32,000 nucleotides of DNA from Corynebacterium glutamicum ATCC 13032 (GTDB lineage: Bacteria > Actinomycetota > Actinomycetes > Mycobacteriales > Mycobacteriaceae): assembly GCF_000011325.1 (NCBI RefSeq), contig NC_003450.3, positions 1,140,001 to 1,172,000 of the forward strand. Reading direction: 5' to 3'. The translations under genes and the position numbers were made by a program. This document shows, piece by piece, positions 18,528-26,575 of the stretch; within the stretch, counting starts at the first letter, position 1, and each line of letters begins with the position of its first letter. The notes under the pieces were generated by a model. That model was not told where the DNA came from. It did no database searches and saw only the letters and a list, made by a program, of their open reading frames with translations.

Positions 18528-19255
18528 GCAGCGTAAGCGTGGTGATTCCTGCGCTCAACGAAGCTCCAACCGTGGCCAAAGTCGTGGAGGCGGTCCTCGC
18601 TGACAACCCACTGGAAGTGCTGGTCATCGACGCCGATTCCACCGACGCAACCGCCGCCGAAGCCCGATCCGCCGGTGCGACGGTGCTGAATTGGCGCGAA
18701 ATCCTTGATACCGAACCGATTCCAGGCAAGGGCGAATCACTCTGGCGAGGTGTTGCAGCAGCGCGCGGAGACATCGTCGTATTTGTCGATGCCGACCTCA
18801 CCAGCTTCCGCCCCGGCATGGTGAACAGCCTTGTTGCCCCCTTCCTAAACGATGACATTCACCTGGTCAAAGCCGATTATGTGCGTACATTCGGTGATCA
18901 TACAACAGGGGGTGGACGCGTCACGGAACTCACCGCAAAACCCCTCCTCCGCGCGCTTTTCCCCGAGCTAAGCCACATCCGCCAGCCGCTCGGAGGCGAG
19001 TACGCGATCCGCCGCAGCACCGCGCTTGCCATGCCTTTTGTGTCCGGCTACGGCGTCGAAGTGGGCTTGCTTATCGACGTCGCCACCCAATTTGGCACCT
19101 CGTCTATCGCCCAAGTAGACCTCGGAAGCAGAAGCCACAACCATCAATCTTTGGAAGCGCTTGGCTCGATGGCTGACGTGGTGGCAACAACTATTTTGCA
19201 GCGTTTCGGACATGATCTCCCGGTCGTGCAGCGTGAACCCTTGGGTATCCACTAA
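18524..19255 (+). CDS. gpgS: Glucosyl-3-phosphoglycerate synthase-like GT-A glycosyltransferase
   Basis: VVIPALNE, DADSTD, PGKGESLWRG, VFVDADL, GGGRVTEL, QPLGGEY and GYGVEVGLLID are colinear with recalled M. tuberculosis GpgS (Rv1208). The GTG start overlaps the folP2 stop (GTGA). Confidence 0.8.
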   Translation: MSSVSVVIPALNEAPTVAKVVEAVLADNPLEVLVIDADSTDATAAEARSAGATVLNWREILDTEPIPGKGESLWRGVAAARGDIVVFVDADLTSFRPGMVNSLVAPFLNDDIHLVKADYVRTFGDHTTGGGRVTELTAKPLLRALFPELSHIRQPLGGEYAIRRSTALAMPFVSGYGVEVGLLIDVATQFGTSSIAQVDLGSRSHNHQSLEALGSMADVVATTILQRFGHDLPVVQREPLGIH

Positions 19256-19266
19256 ACTGGGCAACC

Positions 19267-19575
19267 ATGCTGACCTGGATAATCATGATCATTGTGTTGA
19301 TCGCGCTCATCGTGATTTTCACCTGGGTGTTCGCCAAACTTTTTGGTCGGGGAGAACAAACCCAACCATTGCCGGAAAACAATGAGATCGTTGAGCACAA
19401 CCGGCAGGCGGTGGGCGAGGGGAATATCGATAAGATCATGTTCGATACCGTGATCAGAGGCTACCGCCAAGACCAAGTCGATGATGTGATCGAGCATCTA
19501 AAATGGCAGGTAGATTCTTTAAATGCTCAGCTTGAGCAGGCTCACCTTCGGGCAAAAACTTTCGAAACGGGCTAA
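19267..19575 (+). CDS. Membrane-anchored DivIVA-domain protein
   Basis: N-terminal TM segment LTWIIMIIVLIALIVIFTWVFA. DivIVA-type motif FDTVIRGYRQDQVDDVIEHL followed by a coiled coil. Confidence 0.7.
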   Translation: MLTWIIMIIVLIALIVIFTWVFAKLFGRGEQTQPLPENNEIVEHNRQAVGEGNIDKIMFDTVIRGYRQDQVDDVIEHLKWQVDSLNAQLEQAHLRAKTFETG

Positions 19576-19634
19576 AATAGGAAGTTAGCCGCGTTGAATC
19601 GCGGATTTTATCGTTGTGAGGAGATGGAATCAAT

Positions 19635-19802
19635 ATGGCAGCTATGAAGCCTAGGACCGGAAGCGGACCAATGGAAGCGGTTGAGGAAAGTCGCAAGATT
19701 GTCATGAGGATTCCATCAGACGGCGGCGGACGTCTCGTTGTGGAATTGAATAAGGAAGAAGCAGCCGAACTTGGAGCTTTGCTGTTGGAGGCAGCCAAAT
19801 AG
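19635..19802 (+). CDS. DUF3117-family small protein (55 aa)
   Basis: Not in the ORF track because it is under 60 aa. Hand translation gives MAAMKPRTGSGPMEAVEESRKIVMRIPSDGGGRLVVELNKEEAAELGALLLEAAK. This is near-identical in pattern to recalled mycobacterial Rv1211 (MAAMKPRTGDGP...GGGRLVVEL). GAGGAG lies 11 nt upstream. Confidence 0.75.
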   Translation: MAAMKPRTGSGPMEAVEESRKIVMRIPSDGGGRLVVELNKEEAAELGALLLEAAK

Positions 19803-19864
19803 TCCCAATGTAAACGCACTGGGTAGTATTTGTTTAACCATCCACCTCAAGGAGTAAAACGCAC

Positions 19865-20731
19865 GTGCTTTCCCACATCATTGATGTCCTCGCCGACCCG
19901 ATCGATGGCACCCCACTTGTAGGCGCCGAAGATTTCTCACGGTTGGTGTCTGAATCTGGGCATTCCTACGATGTTGCTCGTCAAGGGTATGTCACCCTGG
20001 CTGGTGGCGCAGGTCTGCGCTATTCAGGCGATGATGCACAGATGATCGCGGATCGGGAAACCTTCCTTTCTGGCGGTCACTTCGCGCCCTTCGTGGAAGC
20101 TGTCACCGAGCATGTTCAAGATGTCGTTGACCAGGCAGGCCTTAGCGATGACGCACAGCCAGTGGTCTGCGAAATCGGCGCGGGAACCGGCTACTACTTG
20201 TCCCATACCCTTGATTCTGTTGCAGGATCTCGCGGAATTGGCATTGACGTTTCCGTGCACGCCGCAAAGCGTTTGGCAAAGTGTCACCCTCGCGTCGGCG
20301 CAGTCATCGCGGACGCATGGGCACGCCTGCCGATTGCAGATAACTCTGTCGATGCCATCACGGTGATTTTCGCACCACGCAACGCTGCGGAATTTGCCCG
20401 CATTTTGAAGCCAAAGGGACAGGTCATCGTGCTTACCGCAGATACCGGCCACTTGGCTGAGCTTCGTGAACCACTGGGCATCATTGATGTGGAGGCCGGC
20501 AAAGTTGATCGCATGATCGAACAAGCGGCAGGCCACCTCAAGCCAGTTGGCGAAAGAGACTTGGTGGAATTTGAAATGCTGCTGGATCAAAAATCCATTG
20601 CATCTCAGATCGGTATGAGCCCTTCTGCACGCCACATTAAGCCTGAGGCTTTGGCGGAACGCATCGCCGCTCTACCAGAACAAATGAAGGTTACAGCCCG
20701 GGCCAAGATCACCAGGCTGGAACGCATCTAA
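19865..20731 (+). CDS. rlmA: RlmA/RrmA-like 23S rRNA (guanine-N1)-methyltransferase
   Basis: Colinear with recalled E. coli RlmA: YDVARQGYV vs FDMAKEGYV, SAM motif VCEIGAGTGYY, DAITVIFAP vs DAIIRIYAP, and KPKGQVIVLTADTGHLAELRE. GTG start preceded by AAGGAG. Confidence 0.75.
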   Translation: MLSHIIDVLADPIDGTPLVGAEDFSRLVSESGHSYDVARQGYVTLAGGAGLRYSGDDAQMIADRETFLSGGHFAPFVEAVTEHVQDVVDQAGLSDDAQPVVCEIGAGTGYYLSHTLDSVAGSRGIGIDVSVHAAKRLAKCHPRVGAVIADAWARLPIADNSVDAITVIFAPRNAAEFARILKPKGQVIVLTADTGHLAELREPLGIIDVEAGKVDRMIEQAAGHLKPVGERDLVEFEMLLDQKSIASQIGMSPSARHIKPEALAERIAALPEQMKVTARAKITRLERI

Positions 20732-20734
20732 CTC

Positions 20735-22231
20735 TTATCTCACTGGGCCTTCATGCGGTTCGTTTTCATCGAACTGCATGAGCGCAGTGAGATCATCTAT
20801 ATCTAGGGACACCGAACTGAAATCAACAGGGAAGTGACTTTCCTGGCGAATAATGCTTGCGTCACCGGTGGTGGTGACCTCAAATTCGCTGAATGGTCCG
20901 TTGTTGAAATACACACGGCTTGCCATTGATACATAACCGCCATCAGCAAAAACTTCTACTGTAGAGCCGTCAACGACAATGAACAGTGAATCTGTTTCAT
21001 CATCAGTCAATGGTGCAATCGCGTGTGGATCACCCGCGTGGTTGGGGTTCATGGACCGATCAACGACTAGCTGATTGTGGCGGTGAGTGATTGTTGCAGC
21101 GATTTCACCTTCTTGGTCCTTCAACGCCACTTCAACTGCGCTGTTTGATGGGATTTCGCACAGTCCGGTCCAACCTGCCGCTGCCTCGGATTCATGAATG
21201 GCATCAAGCAATCCTTCTGGAGGGGTCTGGAAGACCGTACCGTCCTGGAGCGTGACAATACGTGGGAAAGAAATAGCGTTTGCCCAGCCTTCTTCCTTCC
21301 AACTGAGATGCTCAGTGGGGGAGTCCAAACGACCTACGCCATTCATGAGACCAAAGATGTGGGCGAAGTCGTAGCCGATGGTGGTTTCGGCGTAGTTGGT
21401 GTTGCGGGGGCGAGAGAAATCATGGCCAAAATCGATGCGGGTAAATGGAGTCTTCACATCGAATTCTGAGCCGTTGAGCTGGCCTACCAGGTATCCCGAA
21501 ATGTCAATCCCGTCTTGTTCAATGGTGACAATGAGGACATCGTAGATTTCATGATCCACTTCATCGCGCAGACGAATCATGCGAGGAGCAACTAGAACTT
21601 CGTCTGACTCTAATCCAGAGAGGCCGTTGAGAGACAGGGGACCTGTAATGGACCATTCTCTTCCATCTGGCGAGTCGAGGACCACTACTGTTGGGGCTTC
21701 AACTGGGCCAGTAACTGCGAGCATCAACCATCCTGAGTGGCCTTCATCGCGGTTTCCTTGGTCTTCCCAACCTGGGATAACGCACGGTGAGCGGAACTTT
21801 ACATAACCATCAGTGTTGCCAACCACTTCGCCGATTCGGGAGACATCTGGATCGAGCCCCAGCTCGTCCTCATTGATCAGTTCGGTGGTGCCACGGATGT
21901 TGTTGATGTGTGCCAACTGGATAGTGGAAGTGGGGCCAACAACCGAGGTGAAGTACAGATCAACGCCACCGTTGTTGGACACCACTGAGCCAGCGCGAAC
22001 CTGGGTTTCATCGCCTTCAGGGGCTAGCACGTCATCGCAGATATCCCACACAAATGGAGTGCGCTCTGCGAATTGGTGCGCCCACCTGGGGCCGTGATCT
22101 GGTGAGGGACGGTACTGGTGGAAGAAATGCCACGTGTCGTCATCCAACAGAACGCCTGCAGGTGCAAACAAAACACCACTTTCAGCGGTGATGTGCAGCT
22201 CTGGTCGGTGATACCCGGAAACGTTCGTCAT
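20735..22231 (-). CDS. Glycoside hydrolase family 32-fold protein with apparently substituted catalytic residues
   Basis: 498 aa. GH32 landmarks are present: W/YHFFHQYRP (YHLFYQYNP-like), RAGSVV, FR.P.V, GWANAISFPR, and C-terminal VDGSTVEVFADGG. The WMNDPNG, RDP and EC catalytic motifs read GVLFAPAG, FRSP and VAP. Confidence 0.75.
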   Translation of the reverse strand: MTNVSGYHRPELHITAESGVLFAPAGVLLDDDTWHFFHQYRPSPDHGPRWAHQFAERTPFVWDICDDVLAPEGDETQVRAGSVVSNNGGVDLYFTSVVGPTSTIQLAHINNIRGTTELINEDELGLDPDVSRIGEVVGNTDGYVKFRSPCVIPGWEDQGNRDEGHSGWLMLAVTGPVEAPTVVVLDSPDGREWSITGPLSLNGLSGLESDEVLVAPRMIRLRDEVDHEIYDVLIVTIEQDGIDISGYLVGQLNGSEFDVKTPFTRIDFGHDFSRPRNTNYAETTIGYDFAHIFGLMNGVGRLDSPTEHLSWKEEGWANAISFPRIVTLQDGTVFQTPPEGLLDAIHESEAAAGWTGLCEIPSNSAVEVALKDQEGEIAATITHRHNQLVVDRSMNPNHAGDPHAIAPLTDDETDSLFIVVDGSTVEVFADGGYVSMASRVYFNNGPFSEFEVTTTGDASIIRQESHFPVDFSSVSLDIDDLTALMQFDENEPHEGPVR

Positions 22232-22339
22232 CTCTTTATTGTCCTGCCTTCACTCAATTACGCCAGTGTCTTTGATTCAGGGTAGCGATTTCATCACACA
22301 TGGGTGGATAATCCCAGGTGAAGGCAGGTTAACCCCGAT

Positions 22340-22370
22340 GAGAAAAGCCGGGGAGAGGTTCCCCGGCTTT
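22340..22370 (-). terminator. Rho-independent terminator after glgA
   Basis: On the minus strand the stem is GCCGGGGA / TCCCCGGC, extendable to 11 bp with flanking A/T. It has a 5-nt loop and is followed by TTTTCTC. It lies immediately downstream of the glgA stop. Confidence 0.75.
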
Positions 22371-22375
22371 CGGTT

Positions 22376-23548
22376 TTACATCAAGGATTTGTACACATCA
22401 ATGGTCTGCTGAGCAATCGTTGCCCAGGAGAAATCATTGATAGCACGTTCGCGCCCTGCGAGACCAAATTTGGCTGCGGTCTCTCGATCAGCGACCATTT
22501 TATTCACCGCTTCGGCGATATCGCGCTCGAAGGTTTCGACATCATTTTCGTCGTAGTGAACGAGGGCGCCGGTGGTGCCGTCGACAACAACCTCAGGGAT
22601 GCCTCCAACGTCGGATGCGACAACTGCGGTGTTGCAGGCCATTGCTTCCAAGTTCACGATGCCCAGTGGCTCGTAAATGGATGGGCACACGAAGGTGTCA
22701 GCAGCGGTGAGAATCTCTTGGATTTTGTCCTTGCCCAGCATGTCCTGAACCCAGAAAATGCCTTCGCGCTTTGCCTGGAGTTCTTCCACCAGGGCGGTGG
22801 TGCGAGCTGCGATTTCGGGGGTGTCTGGCGCGCCGGCACAGAGCACAAGCTGCACGGACTCGTCGAAAAGCGCTGCTGCCTTGATGAGGTGCTCGACGCC
22901 TTTTTGGCGGGTGATGCGGCCGACAAATGCGACGATGGGCCGCTGTGGGTCAACGCCTAGGGAGCGGAGTACGGAATCTTCCGCGTCATCGAAAGTCGGG
23001 CGAGGCTGCCACAACTCAGTGTCGATGCCGTTGAGGACAACACGCACGTTGTCCGGCTCGATGCGAGGGTACGCAGCGAGGATGGAATCTTTCATGCGAG
23101 CCGACACAGCGATGACCGCGTCAGCGTATTCCATGGCATTTTTTTCAGACCAGGAGGACACGTCGTATCCACCGCCAAGCTGCTCACGCTTCCATGGGCG
23201 ATCTGGCTCCAAAGAGTGCGCGGTAGCCACGTGAGGAATGCCGTGGAGACGAGCTGCAAGGTGGCCGCCAAGACCTGCATACCAAGTGTGTGAGTGCACG
23301 ACATCCACGTTGTTTGCAGCTTCTGCCATGCGTAAACCGGTGGACAGTGTCTTAATCGCAGGGTTCGCGCTTTCCAAGGCAGGATCGACGCCGTGGACGA
23401 AAACTCCCTCCATATCGCGAGGTGCACCCATGCAGTGAACATCAACTTCAGCGATCTCACGCATGAATCGGGTCAATTCGGTGACGTGCACGCCAGCGCC
23501 GCCGTAAACCTCTGGTGGATACTCTCTTGTCATCATTCCGACTCTCAT
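22376..23548 (-). CDS. glgA: GT4 glycogen/alpha-glucan synthase (GlgA; mycobacterial GlgM-type)
   Basis: Begins MRVGMMTREYPPEVYGGAGVHV, the typical actinobacterial GlgA N-terminus. C-terminal E-x7-E region PSIYEPLGIVNLEAMA. The 19-codon upstream extension in the track is unlikely. Confidence 0.9.
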   Translation of the reverse strand: MRVGMMTREYPPEVYGGAGVHVTELTRFMREIAEVDVHCMGAPRDMEGVFVHGVDPALESANPAIKTLSTGLRMAEAANNVDVVHSHTWYAGLGGHLAARLHGIPHVATAHSLEPDRPWKREQLGGGYDVSSWSEKNAMEYADAVIAVSARMKDSILAAYPRIEPDNVRVVLNGIDTELWQPRPTFDDAEDSVLRSLGVDPQRPIVAFVGRITRQKGVEHLIKAAALFDESVQLVLCAGAPDTPEIAARTTALVEELQAKREGIFWVQDMLGKDKIQEILTAADTFVCPSIYEPLGIVNLEAMACNTAVVASDVGGIPEVVVDGTTGALVHYDENDVETFERDIAEAVNKMVADRETAAKFGLAGRERAINDFSWATIAQQTIDVYKSLM

Positions 23549-23689
23549 AATTTCAAAGATTAGCCATCTAAAAACAGTTGCGCAGCGATACCGAAATGGG
23601 GGCATTAAAAGGGGCTATCATTCGGACCCCAAAACGATGTTTAGACAATTTGTTACCCAGCTTTCATGCGGGATAGTTATTTTGCCTTT

Positions 23690-24919
23690 ATGGTTAAGGG
23701 TGTGAAGGGTAGACCAAATGTTCTAGCAATCGTTCTCGCAGGTGGCGAGGGCAAACGACTTTTTCCGTTGACGGAGGACCGAGCTAAGCCTGCGGTCCCA
23801 TTCGGCGGAACTTACAGATTGATCGACTTTGTTTTGTCGAACCTGGTGAACTCCGGATTCCTCAAGATCGCGGTACTGACTCAGTACAAGTCGCATTCAT
23901 TGGATAGGCATATTTCATTGTCGTGGAACGTGTCTGGTCCAACGGGGCAGTACATTGCTTCTGTTCCTGCGCAGCAGCGCCTGGGCAAGCGATGGTTCAC
24001 TGGTTCCGCGGATGCAATTTTGCAGTCTCTGAACTTGATCTCTGATGAGAAACCGGATTATGTCATCGTTTTCGGCGCGGACCACGTGTATCGCATGGAC
24101 CCAAGCCAGATGCTAGATGAGCACATTGCATCTGGTCGCGCGGTGTCTGTGGCAGGTATTCGCGTTCCACGTGAGGAAGCAACTGCGTTTGGTTGCATCC
24201 AGTCCGATGTCGACGGCAACATAACCGAGTTCTTGGAAAAGCCAGCTGACCCTCCGGGAACCCCTGATGATCCTGACATGACTTACGCGTCGATGGGTAA
24301 CTACATTTTCACCACTGAAGCCCTGATCCAGGCGCTGAAAGATGATGAAAATAACGAGAACAGTGATCATGACATGGGCGGAGACATCATTCCGTACTTC
24401 GTCTCTCGCAATGATGCGCATGTTTATGATTTCTCCGGAAACATTGTTCCTGGCGCAACTGAGCGTGACAAGGGCTACTGGCGCGACGTCGGTACCATTG
24501 ATGCGTTCTACGAGTGCCACATGGACCTGATTTCCGTGCACCCAATCTTCAATCTGTATAACTCTGAGTGGCCAATCCACACGACCTCTGAAGGTAACTT
24601 GCCTCCGGCTAAGTTCGTTCGGGGCGGTATCGCGCAGTCGTCGATGGTGTCTTCAGGTTCCATCATTTCTGCTGGGACTGTTCGCAACTCCGTGCTGTCC
24701 AACAACGTTGTCGTCGAAGAGGGCGCAACGGTGGAAGGTGCAGTGCTGATGCCAGGCGTGCGCATCGGTAAGGGTGCTGTTGTCCGCCATGCGATTCTGG
24801 ACAAGAACGTGGTTGTCCGCGACGGAGAGCTCATCGGTGTCGACCAAGTGCGCGATGCGCAGCGCTTCAAGGTGAGCGCCGGCGGCGTCGTGGTTGTCGG
24901 TAAGAACCAGGTAGTCTAA
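23690..24919 (+). CDS. glgC: Glucose-1-phosphate adenylyltransferase
   Basis: [29 protein letters not shown] signature and C-terminal left-handed beta-helix. The start is ambiguous among ATG 23690, GTG 23702 and ATG 23666. Confidence 0.93.
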
Positions 24920-24924
24920 ACGGG

Positions 24925-24952
24925 AAAGGGACCTTAAAAGGTCCCTTTTTTC
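24925..24952 (+). terminator. Rho-independent terminator after glgC (possibly bidirectional with the convergent methyltransferase gene)
   Basis: AAAGGGACC (24925-24933) / GGTCCCTTT (24940-24948), 6-nt loop, followed by a T run. Confidence 0.8.
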
Positions 24953-24970
24953 GCTTCTCGACGTCCCCCT

Positions 24971-25612
24971 CTAGGCTTTAGTCACCACGGTTAAGCCTGC
25001 ACCAAGGGGCAGGCGAGCAACGTGTGCGCCTTCAATGGAACGAATATATTCATCGGCGTCACGTGCTGCTTGGGTGTCACGATCCTTGCGGGTTTGATCC
25101 GCAATGGTGCCGTCAAGGAGCGCATCGGCGAGCACCAGCGCACCGCCTCGTCGAAGAAGCGGCCAGGCGGCGTCGACAAGCGCCTTTAAATCCATGGGGG
25201 AGACTTGGCCGAAGACAAGCTGATAGCTGTCGTTGGCAAGGCGACTCATCACGTCGAGCGGGCGCGAGAGCAAGAAGCGTACGCGGCTGGGGGAATAGCC
25301 GGCCTCGCGGAAGAGTGCTTTGGCCTGGCGCTGATGCTCTGATTCAGGATCAATGCAGGTCAGTGTGGTGTTATCGGCCAGTCCGTTCAGGATATACAGA
25401 CCCACCAACCCGGCAGCCGGGGTAATCGCGATGGCACCAGTGGAGCCGTTGCCATTGGTGGTGGCAGCCAAAGTGGTTAGCAGCTGGCCAGTCATTTCAT
25501 CCGGGGCGGGGAGACCGAACTCGGCGGCGTCTTCACGAGCGCGCGCTACAGCAGCGTCGGTTTCAGTAGTGGACTCGACATAAGTGCGAAGATACTCGAA
25601 GGCGTTACTCAC
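24971..25612 (-). CDS. Class I SAM-dependent O-methyltransferase (Rv1220c-like)
   Basis: 213 aa. Position divergent from sigE, as in mycobacteria. Overall caffeoyl-CoA-OMT-like layout (YQLVFGQVSP, GGALVLADALLDG). The glycine-rich SAM loop is degenerate. Confidence 0.65.
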   Translation of the reverse strand: MSNAFEYLRTYVESTTETDAAVARAREDAAEFGLPAPDEMTGQLLTTLAATTNGNGSTGAIAITPAAGLVGLYILNGLADNTTLTCIDPESEHQRQAKALFREAGYSPSRVRFLLSRPLDVMSRLANDSYQLVFGQVSPMDLKALVDAAWPLLRRGGALVLADALLDGTIADQTRKDRDTQAARDADEYIRSIEGAHVARLPLGAGLTVVTKA

Positions 25613-25736
25613 GCGTTATAGTCTAGAGCGAGCAGGCGAGATGTGAAGTACCTACACGCATTAAGTGCAAATGAATTCACAATTGCCAGAAGATGCACAG
25701 GATGTAATCTAGATTTCCCAAGTTCAGTGGGGCAAA

Positions 25737-26387
25737 ATGACTTATATGAAAAAGAAGTCCCGAGATGACGCACCCGTCGTAATCGAAACCGTTCAAGCAG
25801 AACATGCTGAAGAACTCACGGGCACTGCAGCATTCGATGCTGGACAGGCAGACATGCCAACATGGGGCGAGCTAGTCGCAGAACATGCAGATAGCGTTTA
25901 CCGCCTCGCGTACCGTCTTTCCGGCAACCAGCACGATGCTGAAGACCTGACCCAAGAAACATTCATGCGTGTCTTCCGCTCGTTGAAGAGCTACCAGCCA
26001 GGCACCTTTGAGGGCTGGCTGCACCGCATCACCACCAACTTGTTCCTTGATATGGTTCGCCACCGCGGCAAGATCCGCATGGAGGCGCTGCCTGAAGATT
26101 ATGAGCGCGTTCCGGGCAATGACATCACCCCAGAGCAGGCATACACCGAAGCTAACCTTGACCCAGCTCTGCAGGCAGCCCTCGATGAGTTGAGCCCAGA
26201 CTTCCGCGTGGCAGTGATCCTCTGTGATGTTGTTGGTATGAGCTATGACGAAATCGCAGAGACCCTCGGAGTGAAAATGGGTACCGTGCGTTCCCGTATT
26301 CACCGTGGACGCAGCCAGCTTCGTGCAAGTTTGGAAGCTGCAGCAATGACCAGCGAGGAAGTTTCTTTGTTGGTTCCAACCCACTAA
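25737..26387 (+). CDS. sigE: ECF RNA polymerase sigma factor SigE
   Basis: Region 2 is [17 protein letters not shown]...[12 protein letters not shown]. Region 4 HTH is [25 protein letters not shown]. Followed by a ZAS anti-sigma gene. Confidence 0.9.
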   Translation: MTYMKKKSRDDAPVVIETVQAEHAEELTGTAAFDAGQADMPTWGELVAEHADSVYRLAYRLSGNQHDAEDLTQETFMRVFRSLKSYQPGTFEGWLHRITTNLFLDMVRHRGKIRMEALPEDYERVPGNDITPEQAYTEANLDPALQAALDELSPDFRVAVILCDVVGMSYDEIAETLGVKMGTVRSRIHRGRSQLRASLEAAAMTSEEVSLLVPTH

Positions 26388-26402
26388 AGTTGGTGTGTTT
26401 TC

Positions 26403-26436
26403 TGACACGACAAACGCAAATGTCGTGTCATTTTTG
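26403..26436 (+). terminator. Rho-independent terminator immediately after sigE
   Basis: TGACACGAC (26403-26411) / GTCGTGTCA (26422-26430), perfect 9-bp stem with a 10-nt loop, then TTTTT. Confidence 0.75.
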
Positions 26437-26575
26437 CAGCTCAGTGCATTATTTTGGGGTTCGTGGTGCGGACAGGGAACTTATCACAGGCGACATCCGT
26501 TTTGAGTAGTAGGTATCTTGGATAAGAAGTTACCCACATCCTTGAAAGTCGAGACACAGGAGGTCATCGGAAGAT

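Noticed and set aside
19427-19445. TCGA...TGTTCGA resembling an SOS box inside the DivIVA-domain gene
   Set aside because: The half-sites span 19 nt instead of 16, so the spacing is wrong, and the site is intragenic.
19454-19819. 121-aa minus-strand ORF covering the spacer after the DivIVA-domain gene
   Set aside because: The plus strand encodes a 55-aa peptide with a recognisable conserved pattern and an RBS. The minus-strand ORF overlaps the 3' end of the DivIVA-domain gene and has no features.
20024-20635. 203-aa minus-strand ORF inside the rlmA-like gene
   Set aside because: It is antisense to a gene with clear methyltransferase motifs, and its translation is featureless.
23549-23605. 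Upstream 19-codon extension of glgA (MPPFRYRCATVFRWLIFEI...)
   Set aside because: Homologous GlgA proteins start at MRVGMMTREYPPEVYGG. The extension has no support.
25665-25680. TGCAA-N6-TCACA upstream of sigE resembling a GlxR/CRP site (TGTGA-N6-TCACA)
   Set aside because: Only the right half-site is perfect and the left matches 3 of 5. This is too weak to call without a matrix score.
25872-26408. 178-aa minus-strand ORF antisense to sigE
   Set aside because: The sigE frame carries unmistakable sigma-70 region 2 and 4 motifs. The antisense frame has none.
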